Assembly (NCBI GenBank): GCA_002269645.1
Contig: NIVC01002202.1
Location: 1 to 64,000 of the forward strand
From: Macrostomum lignano
Taxonomy: Eukaryota
Direction: 5' to 3'
DNA length: 64,000 nt
Shown here: positions 1 to 10,608 of the stretch, in pieces
Position numbering within the stretch: the stretch's first letter is position 1
Layout: each line of letters begins with the position of its first letter
Position numbers and translations under genes: made by a program
Notes under the pieces: model-generated
What the model saw: only the letters and a program-made list of their open reading frames with translations
Told to the model about the DNA's origin: nothing
The model's database searches: none

Positions 1-208
1 AAAGAAAAACAGTGGTTCACCGGAACCGGTCGCCGTAACCGCTCAGCAAGCTTGCTATCCCGACGCGCCACAGAACTCCACCGGCTGCCGACCCCAAGAG
101 GACCGCTGAAGTAAGTTATTTGAACTGATAAATACCTAGGCACTTGTTCCCGCCGTGTCTAGAAGTGGGAGTTTTTGAGTGACTGATCACCACTCTTAAA
201 CTCTTCAA

Positions 209-255
209 TTTAACGACTGGTTCACCGGCCATCTTAACTACCAGATTGAGCACCA
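209..255 (+). CDS. FADS: Front-end (delta-5/delta-6) fatty acid desaturase, penultimate exon remnant with the Q-box (FNDWFTGHLNYQIEH). 5' end lacks a usable acceptor; possibly pseudogenic
   Basis: ttt aac gac tgg ttc acc ggc cat ctt aac tac cag att gag cac ca|gtgag translates to FNDWFTGHLNYQIEH(H), the third histidine box (QIEHH) of front-end desaturases. Phase-2 donor at 256. An in-frame TAA lies at 197-199 and there is no AG between it and the motif. Confidence 0.75.
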
Positions 256-341
256 GTGAGTTGCTGCAACCGGGTTCTTACATCTGGTTTCTCCACTTAA
301 CGTTGTCTTGTTAGTGCGCGTTGGTCCGGGTTACTTATTGA

Positions 342-940
342 AGCCTCCCAGATGCTCGGCTTGACCGCCCGCCACCTCCACAGATCCTCAGTTGCTGAGC
401 CAGCCTCCCAGATCCTCAGTTGCTGGCCAGCCTCCCAGATCCTCAGTTGCTGGCCAGCCTCCCAGATCCTCAGTTGCTGGGCCAGCCTCCCAGATCCTCA
501 GTTGCTGGGCCAGCCCTCCAGATCCTCAGTTGCTGGGCCAGCCTCCCAGATCCTCAGTTGCTGGCCAGCCTCCCAGATCCTCAGCTGCTGGGGCAGCCTC
601 CCAGATCCTCAGTTGCTGGGCCAGCCTCCCAGATCCTCAGCTGCTGGGCAGCCTCCCAGATCCTCAGCTGCTGGGCCAGCCTCCCAGATCCTCAGCTGCT
701 GGGCCAGCCTCCCAGAATGTCAGTTGCTGAGCCAGCCTCCCAGATCCTCAGTTGCTGGGCCAGCCTCCACAGATCCTCAGCTGCTGGCCAGCCTCCCAGA
801 TCCTCAGCTGCTGGGCCAGCCTCCAGATCCTCAGCTGCTGGGCCAGCCTCCCAGATCCTCAGCTGCTGGGCAGCCTCCCAGATCCTCAGCTGCTGGGCCA
901 GCCTCCCAGAATGTCAGTTGCTGAGCCAGCCTCCCAGATC
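342..940. repeat. Minisatellite, 27-28 bp unit GCCAGCCTCCCAGATCCTCAGTTGCTG(G), about 21 copies, inside the FADS intron
   Basis: Direct tandem periodicity; explains the repetitive ORFs at 352-944. Confidence 0.95.
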
Positions 941-1033
941 ATAACTCACAGGGTCAATATTGTTTCATATTTTGGCTCAGACATTCAACAGTATAGTTGT
1001 GCTCACTTTCGACCCCCCACCGCGCGCGAGCAG

Positions 1034-1256
1034 CCTGTTCCCCACCATGCCGCGCCACTCTTACCCGCTGGTGCAGCCGCACGTGAAGCAGCTGTGCGCC
1101 AGGCACGGCATCCCCTATGTGGAGAAGCCGCTGTCGACCGCCCTAGCGGACATCATCAGGTCGTTGAAGAAGTCCGGCGAGCTCTGGCTTGAAGCCTACC
1201 AAATGCCTGCTGAGGTTCGCCTGTTGAATATTTTTGCATTCTTTCTCTTAACTTAA
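1034..1256 (+). CDS. FADS: Front-end fatty acid desaturase, last exon
   Basis: cag|c ctg ttc completes the His codon started at 254-255. Reads [56 protein letters not shown], matching the FADS1/FADS2 C-terminus. Stop TAA at 1254-1256. Confidence 0.88.
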
Positions 1257-2182
1257 ACTAACTGATATTACGAGCGTAGCTACTAGAAGTTTTATAACGC
1301 TATACTACTGCCAAGCAAAGCTAAAATACAGATTTTTTATAAGTCTGTCGCGACTTGTCTACTCTCTCAACTTGCTCTGTTTCCTTATTCTTAGTTGAGT
1401 TTTGTTACTATCGGAAATATTTGCTCTTTAAGCTCAAAACTTTTATACTTTGTGTCATTTTCCTGTGTGATAATTTTAGTGAAGTATTTGCACAGCTGCT
1501 CTACTGCAAGTAGCAATATAGGCAAATATTTAATCAGGCGCTTTCCTTGGGTACTCGTAAACCCAGTGCAAATCCGTAAGACTAGGATGCAGCAATACTA
1601 TACTGTTTTCAGATTTCACTTTTAACGCAGGAGTATAATAATATAAATCAACCAATGCATACAATTAATTGACGAGCCTCTTGGCACAGCTTCAATCTTT
1701 TCTTATCGTTGCTTATAAGAATGTTACCGAATTCTGGTCTCGATTCGATTTATTAATTTAGTTAATTGGTACGGTCAGGTCGAATGAATTGGGTTATTGT
1801 AATCAATGATTAGCATAATTATAATATCAAACAAAATTGGTGAATAACACGAGAAACATTTTTGCATATAGTTTTTGGGAGAATACATGTACATGTACAA
1901 TAACCATAATAACTGATAAGAATAATTTACTATACAATTAGCAAACTGGCTTCAGGTGAAAACTAAATTCGTAAAAGTAAAATTCGGCTTGGCAAATAAA
2001 GCGATTAGAATAAATAAATCAATGGAAAACTTCCTTTTTAGACATAAAAATACCGCTAATTAATAATTGCATTATTGACACTACATGTATTAGATAGTTC
2101 AATGAACTTAATAAATTTTTATTTAACCATAAGCCAAGGTGTGATACTATTTATAGGTCACGATTCTACAACCGGTAAACTT

Positions 2183-2385
2183 CGCTCATTGGCTAGCGGA
2201 TTTGCCCCACCCCACGCCAGTAATAAAACTAGCTAAAGGCCGTCCTCACCCAACGCGCTCATTGGCTAGCGGCTTTGCCTCACCCCACGCCAGTAATAAA
2301 ATCAGCTAAAAGGCCGTCCTCACCCAATGCGCGCTCATTGGCTAGAGGCATCGCCCCACCCCACGCCAGTTATAAAATCAGCTAA
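2183..2385. repeat. Three tandem 73-76 bp copies, each with ATTGG (CCAAT box) and a TAATAAAA/TTATAAAA motif
   Basis: cgctcattggctag starts at 2183, 2256 and 2332, each followed by ccccacgccagt(a/t)ataaaa. Confidence 0.85.
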
Positions 2386-2571
2386 TAGACTTGTCTTCTC
2401 AACCAATAAGTCTATATCTTTCTACATTCAATATACACACTTGGTTCAGGATTATCGCCCGCCGTTGCTCCACTGCATTTTTACCGTTTTGCCCCGAGAG
2501 ATCTGCCCGCCGAGCAAATGCCCGCAATAAAGATTTCCCGTTTTTAACGACCCGGTACAATGCTCAGTGCT

Positions 2572-2650
2572 CAGTGGCGGTGGCGGATCCAGATTTTTCC
2601 CAGGGGAGGTCTGTCAGCCGATCCCCTTGACCCCCTGGGATCCACCAGTG
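2572..2650. mobile_element. Small MITE-like element with imperfect terminal inverted repeats
   Basis: 5' cagtggcgg(tggcgg)atccag and 3' gggatccaccagtg are imperfect inverted repeats. No TSD identified. Confidence 0.35.
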
Positions 2651-2796
2651 CTTGTGCTCCTAAATTCAATTCATTTTTCAATACAAAGGCACCTTGGTTT
2701 GGTTTCAAGGACCAGTAGTCTTCGAGCTTTGGGTTTCGGGCTTTCGGGAGTTTGGCCTTTTTAATAAAATACCCAGGTCCCCAAGATCTTTACTAC

Positions 2797-3467
2797 TCAG
2801 ACTCGCTCTTCGGCAGACTTGCCACCCAGCTCAAAGTCGTCGTCACCGCCGCCCTGGTGGCCAAGCAGTGGCATGCTCTCGCGGCGCGGATTGCGCACCG
2901 TAGCGGACAGACCGCTCGCCCTCATGGCCGCCACCTCCATCGAGGTCAGCGAATCTGTCGATGGCGACGCGGCCAGAGCGGCGGCGGCAGCGGCGGCGGC
3001 AGCACCAGACCCCCCAACGCTGCCGCTCTTGTCCAGCAAGTCACTGCCAGAAGCCGACTTCTTCGGCGCAGCAGCTGAAGCAGCCGCAGCCGTAGCAGCT
3101 GCCTTGGCTGTAGACTTTTTCTTGCCGACATTGCGCAGCTGCAGAAAGTCGAGGGTATTCACGATCTCCTTGCCGGTGCCCTGCAGCCGGCGCAGCAGGT
3201 GCTTGTGCAGGTGGGCTTCGACCTCCTCAGCCGACGTGAAATTGTCGTGCGCGTGCACCTCGCTGAAGTCGAAGGCTCTCAGCAGCAGAGACACCTGCTG
3301 TTCAACTGGCTCGCCATTGTCTGTGAGGCCCGGCGGAAACAGGCTGTCCTCGGCGCCGCCCAGCTTCACCGACGCCTTCAGGTTGGAGTTGAGAATGTCT
3401 GACAGGGGCAGGTCGGCCCGGTCCTTGCCCAGCGGGTTCAGCAGCATGATGCCGATCTTGAACCAGC
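2797..3467 (-). CDS. BEST: Bestrophin, exon 4 of 4 (spliced CDS 1803 nt, 600 aa)
   Basis: gacag|gc tgg ttc gives GWFKIGIMLLNPLGKDRADLP, aligning with [21 protein letters not shown]. Ala/Ser-rich tail; stop TGA at 2797-2799. Exon lengths 281+524+327+671 are phase-consistent. Confidence 0.9.
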
Positions 3468-3644
3468 CTGTCGGAGTGGGCGGTGACTGGGTCGGTGAGT
3501 AACTCCTCCATTGGTTTATTTATTTCCAGTACCATTCTTTTTAACCGCTAGAGTTGCAGCATCCGAATTTCCGAAATCCCCATATTTAAACGCACTGAAT
3601 TTCTACAATTCATACTCTTATCTCGATCTCTTTTCTCCCGAGAA

Positions 3645-4253
3645 CAGGGATCGCCAAACCCTGGCCCGCAGGCCGCATGTGCCCTGCAAAGCCTATCTAT
3701 CCTCTCTAATCTCTATCTCAATCCTATGAAAGGGCCTGTCAACTTAAGCTCACAAAGTGGAGCCCGAGTAACCTATATACGCAAATGATACGTCATTCTG
3801 CTGACAGTGACACCAGGAAGCTGGGTTTGGCAAAAAATTAGACTTGGGATGATAGGGAATAACAAGCAAGGGCATAATTATCGACTCTACTTTATAAGCT
3901 TAAGTTGGCAGGCCTTTACAAAAGTAATCCGGACTGCTTAATGTTTTTCTTTTCTCAGCTCTCTTTTTTCTCTCTCCCATATTCTCTCTTCTCTCCCCTC
4001 TTCTCAACTCTCTTCTTTCTTCTAACCCTCGTCTCTCTTCTCTCTTCTCTCTTCTCACCCTCTTCTATCTTCTCACCCTCTTCTCTCTTCTCTCCCCCCT
4101 TTTTTATTCTCAACCCTCTTCTCTCTTCTCACCTCTTCCCCTCTCGCCTCTCTACTCCTCTCTTCGTCTCTTTCCTCTTCTCTCTCCTCTATTTCCTCTT
4201 CTTTCCCCTCATCTGACCCGTAGCCATGAGCTAGATTATTTATCTGACCCCTG
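3645..4253. mobile_element. Degenerate hAT/Charlie-type MITE with CT-rich interior, in bestrophin intron 3
   Basis: Left end cagggatcgccaaaccctggcccgcaggccgcatg resembles hAT MITE termini (CAGGG...GGCCCGCGGGCCGCA). Right end tctgacccctg is an imperfect inverted copy. A related copy lies at 23965-24275. No TSD. Confidence 0.4.
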
Positions 4254-4383
4254 AAGTAACCAAGTTTGCTGACCCTTCTCTAGATCCTAAACACAATCCC
4301 TGATTGAACTTGTTGACCCGTATTGTACCACTTTTTCAAACTGTTTCAAAAAGACGCAAGCTATTGCTTTGAAAAAACCTCAC

Positions 4384-4710
4384 CCAGGTAGAAAATGAAC
4401 TCAAGCGAGCCGAGAATGGGAAAGTACGCCAGCAGCTCAACGCCCAGCACGGTGTCAATCACTGAAGACTGGGTCTCGTTGATGGACTCGGCAGCTGGGG
4501 CCATCGTTACCTGACGCACCATCTCCGGTCGGATCAACTGGGTTGACAGCAGGGTGGAGAACAGGAACAGGTACACAGCGGCCACCGCAACCTGGGTGTA
4601 CACCAGCGGCACATTGAACTCGGTGTAGGACCACACGGTTCCCAGGTCGCCTCTGAACTTGTTGATCATCTCCACTAAGAACAGCAGCTCACGCTCCTCA
4701 GCGATTAGGC
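4384..4710 (-). CDS. BEST: Bestrophin, exon 3 of 4
   Basis: gaag|gc cta atc gives GLIAEERELLFLVEMINKFRGDL...NVPLVYTQVAVAAVYLF (the PLVYTQV signature)...LEFIFYLG. Phase-1 donor ctg g|gtgag. Confidence 0.92.
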
Positions 4711-5254
4711 CTTCAAAAGTTTTTTTGCGTATTGGTTGGATTTAAGATTCTTAACTGACAAGCAACCGTGTTGCCTTGAAGGTTGGCCCTCATAAGCGAA
4801 TTCGAAACAAATATGTGCCCTTTACACATAAATTTCAGTAGACTTAGAGATTAGAATGAAATTGTTCTAAGCACATTTTGTTGCACTCGCAATGAACATT
4901 CATGTACCATAAATAGTACTTGAACGAGTAGTCTTGCAGGTATATATTTTCATTCATTGTGCCTCCATATAAATGCCTGTAAGTACTTTAGGCAAAATGT
5001 GTTTGCTTAGAGAAAATTCAGTATGAGTACGAGTATGTTGAGTCTTAAGAGAAATATATTACTTTATGCTACCCCTCTTTTATCTCTGTATCCTCCAGAC
5101 ACTCCGGTTGAATATTATAAATTGTGTAAATAAATTCTAATAACCTTATCAGCTATCAGTAATTGAGCGCTTCGTTTTTATGGCTTAAATGATTTATTAT
5201 GATAATTGGGAGCGTTTTATTGCCCCAACAAGGATAAGAACTCAAATAAACTCC

Positions 5255-5600
5255 GAACTCCAGCAACCCCTAAACTCCAACGAACCTTCGAAATACAACA
5301 AACCCCTTAAAATCCAACAACCCCAAACTCCAACAACCCCTAAACTCAAACAACCCCTAAACTCAAACAACCCCTAAACTCAAACAACCCCTAAACTCCA
5401 AAAGCCCCCAAAATCCAACAAACCCCAAACTCCAACACCCCCCTAAACTCCAAAAACCCCCAAAATCCAACAAACCCCCCAAATTCAACAAACCCCCAAA
5501 ATCCAACAACCCCTAAACTCAAACAATCCCCAATACCCAAAATCCAATAACCCCAAAACTCCAACAACCCCAAAATCCAACGAACCCTAAACTCTAAAAA
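5255..5600. repeat. Degenerate C/A-rich minisatellite (about 17 bp, AACAACCCCTAAACTCA) in bestrophin intron 2
   Basis: Visible tandem periodicity. Confidence 0.85.
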
Positions 5601-5692
5601 AGTCACAACAGAAACCCTGCAAAGCTCAAGATGACTGTTGAATAAAAGCATGCATTCCCAGAAATAGGTTTCAACCATCCCCAGTCGCTCAC

Positions 5693-6216
5693 CCAACATC
5701 CTAGACCGCTTAATGAGCCGGGTAGCCCAGGCGAGGGGCAGCCAGTACTCCGGACTGTAGGTGAGATCAGTGCTCTGCGACAGCTCGGCCGACCTGGCAA
5801 AAGTTTCAACTTCCTCAGCGGTCACCAATCGACCAAAATGTTTCCGCACCTTCTCGTCCAAATTTATGAGGTCCAGCCTCTCGCGCCAGGTGAGCTCAAA
5901 CTCGGGCTTCTTGCTATTCTTATTGCCGTCAGTGGAATCGTTGCCGGTCCCGGCTGTCGCAGCAGCTGTCGTGCCGGCGGAACGGTCCTGACTGCTCTTC
6001 TTGGCCTTGAGCGGCTGGTTAAAACCAAACCGGTCCTTGATTTGCTGCGATATTGTGGCCATCATCAGGATCCAGGATAGATTAGAATAGCGCAGTATTG
6101 TTATGCGAATTTTTCTTGCAATATCGCTTTTCACCGGATGGGTGCTCTCGACTAGGGCCTGAGTGTAGAACGACATGCTGCTGAGCCAGGGGATGGCCAT
6201 GCACGTGCTCCACCAG
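5693..6216 (-). CDS. BEST: Bestrophin, exon 2 of 4
   Basis: gcag|c tgg tgg gives RWWSTCMAIPW, then ILRYSNL...DRFG...EYWLPLAW. Phase-1 donor ttg g|gtgagc. Confidence 0.9.
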
Positions 6217-6659
6217 CTGCGCGGTCATGTTGTAGCGGGGTGAAGTTGCTTTGTGAATTAAATGCAGCTGGGTCGAAACAGGCAATGATAACTGTATTAA
6301 ACTTAAAGCACAATGGAAGCAGCTTGAGCACTGATAAACCAGTTGGAGTGTCAAAGAGGTAATGGGCGCTGAGAAAGCAATGAGGAAGGCTGAGATGATT
6401 GATGAAGCAGTTGGAGCACCGAAAGGAAGCAGTGGAGGCTGGAGCACCAAAAGGAAACAGTGGAGCGCAGAGGAAGCAGTGGAGGCTCAGAGGAGCAAGA
6501 GTTTTAGTAAAAAAAGTTTGAAGAAAATCGGTTGAGCCGTTCGGGAGAAAATCAATTACAAGCAAGCAACCAAGCATTTCATTTTTAGTATATTGGATGA
6601 TGCAATAGTTAAAAATAGAACTGCTTGGCTTATACCAGTAACTGCGTTTTCTTACTTAC

Positions 6660-6940
6660 CGACTAAACACGGTCGACACGAAGAAGCCCAGCATAAATGA
6701 GAGCGGCACAGAGGTGCGAATTTTGCTCAGCCAGCGCACTACAGCCTCGAATGTGATCATCCGATGTTCGTGATTAGCCAAGGCCTGGTGATAAATCACA
6801 GCCAAAATGACGTAGGCCGTAACAAAGAAAATGTAGTCGACCCAGAGCATCTCCCATACGCTGCCAGTCCATCGGAATAGCAGCTTCAGGAAGAACAGTC
6901 GATCTTTCGTGTAGATCTTTGACGCGTAGCTGACAACCAT
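6660..6940 (-). CDS. BEST: Bestrophin-family anion channel, exon 1 of 4
   Basis: MVVSYAS...LLFRWTGSVW...VPLSFMLGFFVSTVFSR matches the bestrophin N-terminus and TM2 (IPISFVLGFYVTLVVTRWW). Phase-2 donor cg|gtaagt. Confidence 0.93.
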
Positions 6941-9517
6941 TATTAATTAGTTTATTTCTCTTTTATTCGCGTCTGGTATCCAATATTCTGCTTTAAAGAG
7001 CTAATGCCAATAGGGTCGTCTGAATGTGAAGCTCTGAAAAGCGGAGGTAAGGCCTTCTCTCTCTTGAATAAAGTAAAGCCTAAATGTTCACTCGACGCTA
7101 GGGAAGGGTGGGCTGGGCCAGTCCAATAGGAATAAGAGCTTTCCCCGCCCCCGTGTGTACATACCAACGGAGGGTGGGGGACGGGGTTGAAATGAATGTA
7201 CATAGAAATAAGTGAAGAGTTTTTGTGTACATTGAATGAAAAAGAGAGGGAGCCTGGAGTCTTCTCTCTCCCTCTGGTTCCCCAATTAATTGCATACTGA
7301 GCTAGTTTGTGCCAAAGCTACTTGTACAGTATATCTTAAACATACGTATTTGTATTACTATTTGCGTATTGTATTTGTATGAATAGCGTTTTGTTAACTA
7401 TATAAAATATAATGTAAGGAATTGCACAAATCAATTGATTATTCTCTGAAAAGTCGAAGCTATCTTCTCTGTAGATTGATTGTAGATGTGAATAAACTAC
7501 TACTGTGATAAGCGGCTGAACCGATCGAGCAAAATGTCTCAACACTTTATCTGCCGAGGCTCTGGTGATGTTAATGGAATATTAATATGAAGCTTCATAT
7601 TTATAGCTGCATTGATTGAATTGTTTATGGTCGAAACAGGATTTCCAATTAATGACCCAAGGACGACTAAACCCATTAAGCCCCCACACCCCCGTTCTCA
7701 CTCTCCCCCATCTCGACTCCTTCGAATGCCATAGACGAAAGCGCATAGCAATAAATCATTGTCAGCGGGGCGGGCTGTCGTTTTCAACGGAGTATAAATG
7801 ATTGTTTGAGACTTTCTTGGCAACTTGGGATTTACTCCCGATCGAAATTCTGTTTGTCGTATCATGCAAGACGCATATTATAATAATCGGTTTTTTATAT
7901 GAAATTTATCTGTGCATTCAATTTTTTGTTCTAAGAAAAGAGTACTGAAAAGTAAAACGTACCCTTCTTCAGTGTATACAATGATATTCCAGAATTTCTC
8001 CAATTGGTCATGGCATGGCTGCCATGCGCAGCAGTACTAAAGTGGATAGTGTACTTTGGTGCTTGCCGGGGTTGTAAAGGCAGCAGGGAGAAGATTAGTG
8101 AATCTGGTGCAAACTGGCAAGCGCCAGTTTCTGGGAGGATGGGAGGGGCCAATGCAATTCCGGTCAAAGCCACACACCACAAGCCCCAGCCCCTGTCTTC
8201 TTCATCTCTGTCAGTACAGTTGCCGTTATGTGACCGAGCCTAATATTGCATTATTAAAGAAGTTTGCAGTATGCAGTCAATGTCAAACTTTGATGGAATT
8301 CTGCATTAACTACTAGCAATTAGGTCTATAATAATGTGATTGACATTAACTTAAGCAATGCAAGAAATTTGCGGTTGACAAATGTACAAATATAGAGCTG
8401 TGTATGCTAAGGATAGTCTATGTAGAAACTCTCTGATTCGCTAATGAACAGAGAGTCGGGCTATAGACCAATTGAAGGCAGAAAGGAGAGGAGCTGCACT
8501 CTCACATAGACTGCAGGCCAAGCAAGTTAAGCAGACTCTTCTCTGTGGTTAAATTATCGATTTTTAATGAATTATCCACTCGATTGGCTTTATTGGCTAT
8601 AATGATCGAGTGCAGACTTTCTGTGGCAGTGGCTGCTACGGCTGCAGCGAATGGGGATTGTCGACTTTATCGGTTTAATTACGATTGATTAATGTATGCG
8701 CATCTCTGATGTCTGATCTATATTTATTAATAACGTTACTTACTACATACCGGTGATTAATTATAAGTCCTGCTACTAAAGCAGAAAACACGATTTTAAG
8801 TATAATATTTGCCTGAGACAGACATAATATAAGACGTTTATATGGAAGCGTTTGTAATTTATTTATTTCTTATACAGGGAACTTTTTTAAAGCAACATAC
8901 ATGTATCGGTACAAGGCTCGCAATTTTACTGTACTAATACTAACTTCTTGTACTAATATGTATGAGTATGTATGTACAACACTACTGGAAACTTTTACAT
9001 ATAGTATCTTTATTCAAGCTTCGAAACAGAAACTCCGCACTTTATTCGAATCATAAACAAATCTATCCGTGTAAAATGCAAAACAGATTCAGAACCAATA
9101 AAACAGTCATCTTGTAGCTAACTGTAATCGTTAACAATTGTAAACTTTGTTACCGCGGCGTCACGAACACAAACACCGCTCATTATCGCGCGTCGGAGTA
9201 TCAACTCCAAACTGGACTCAACTCATCGTCAGCTCATGCTCACCTTCGTCGGGACCCACGCCTCGTTGGGCATTGATAGAGTTCCTGAAAACCTTGGATT
9301 AAAGCTTCTGATTTGCGGGTGTGAGGGTGGAGCTGCATGGTTGCTATGCAATTTAAGATGGAAAACGATTTCCATTAATGCATACACAAAATATAGCGCG
9401 TAAATCACCTGAACAACGGCGTTGTGCGGCCTTTGCAATCGCTGGGACTCGCTGAACAATCGGGAGGGAGGCTATAGGAGGAAATGGGGATAGCAACTGA
9501 GGATTGTTTAGTCTCAC

Positions 9518-9691
9518 CTTCGCAGACCGACGGCAGATTCAGGATGCAAGACTCCACCCGCCAGTTGCCATCGCTGTCAAAAGTCACGCAGTCGTCGCCT
9601 TCGTTTGGCTGCTCGGGGCCGCCAGACGCGCTCGCCCAGCGGCTGAAGTCGTCCTTGACGTAGACGCTGCCGTCAGTGCGCTGGAAGTAGC
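9518..9691 (-). CDS. C-type lectin, exon 2 (second half of the CTLD); downstream exons uncertain
   Basis: tacag|gc tac gives GYFQRTDGS...FSRWASASGGPEQPNEGDDCVTFDSDGNWRVESCILNLPSVCE, the typical W..EPN...CV...W...C....VCE pattern. Phase-1 donor gaa g|gtgag. Confidence 0.82.
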
Positions 9692-10224
9692 CTGTAAAGG
9701 GCATTCAGTTCGGTTTTGGTCCAAGCTGCCAGGCTTAGTGGAGTTGACACTGATTTTGAGTCATAAACATATAAAGTATAATAGAAGTACAGTCTTGATC
9801 GAGCTTGTCTACTCTAAAACGTATTGAAGAAGCGAATCTGTGTGAAATCCGGACGTCTAAAGAACGCCTAAGCATTATACTTGGTGTCGGTCTTCAATGC
9901 TATATTCTCGGACGCAATACACACTTTCTTCACTTAAATTCGGAAGCCCAGAAGGTGAAATATTGTCAAATCAATTTAATACTGAAATCCCAGAAATCAG
10001 CGAGTGTAAGTATCCTTATATTTTAGTTGTCCGTAGTTTGAGTAACAAAATTGCGCTGCAAGTCATGCCTAGATTTCGTACGATACTACTTTTAGTTTCG
10101 AGGGCAGAGCAGGTCAGCGGTAACTTGTCTGTCTCTCGCGCCGTGACTCGCAGGTTCGATTCCAGATTCGTTTGGGGCTTTTTGCACAAAAATTAGACAG
10201 CGATTTGTTGTGCAATTCAACCTC

Positions 10225-10308
10225 CAAACCTCTTAAGGCCCAGAAAATGTACATGTCAGGGATGCTCTACACCCTGTGTGATCGTGTATATGAGTGTGTG
10301 CCTGCCTA
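10225..10308 (+). mobile_element. Unclassified dispersed repeat, copy 1 (degenerate, internally deleted)
   Basis: ccaaacctcttaaggcccag...tgtacatgtcagggatgctctacaccctgtgtgatcgtgtatatgagtgtgtgcctg aligns by eye with the copies at 11781, 38104 and 62487. Confidence 0.55.
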
Positions 10309-10325
10309 CACTATCCGCGCCTCAC

Positions 10326-10608
10326 CTTCTCGCGCCTGATCGTCCATGCCAACGTAGGCCTTCTCAACCTTCTTGCCGAGCAGGAACGCTTTCACTCGGT
10401 TGTTAGTGGCCAGATCCTTGATCGTGACCAGCCGCATTCCCTTGTCGTAGCAGGACTGGATGCACTGGTAGCGGCTGGAACCGGTGCACAGACTCATCTG
10501 ACCCGGCGCCGATGTCACAACGGCGTCGGTGGGATCAGACGCCAACATCAGCGTCAGCAACAGCGGCAGCAGGAGCCGCTGCGCTGCCGTTGCGAGCTTC
10601 TCCAACAT
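10326..10608 (-). CDS. Secreted C-type lectin domain protein, exon 1 (signal peptide and start of the CTLD)
   Basis: MLEKLATAAQRLLLPLLLTLMLASD signal-peptide-like start, then QSCYDKGMRLVTI and AYVGMDD (CTLD C..GG.L.I and WIGL.D equivalents). Phase-1 donor gaa g|gtgagg. Confidence 0.78.

Noticed and set aside
1-120. Possible LTR primer-binding site (CA|GTGGTTCACC) or upstream FADS exon ending at gtaagt (111)
   Set aside because: No convincing tRNA complement, and no frame resembles desaturase sequence.
8111-8130. Perfect hairpin AAACTGGC-AAGC-GCCAGTTT resembling an intrinsic terminator
   Set aside because: Eukaryotic intergenic DNA; a single 8-bp stem is expected by chance in 64 kb.
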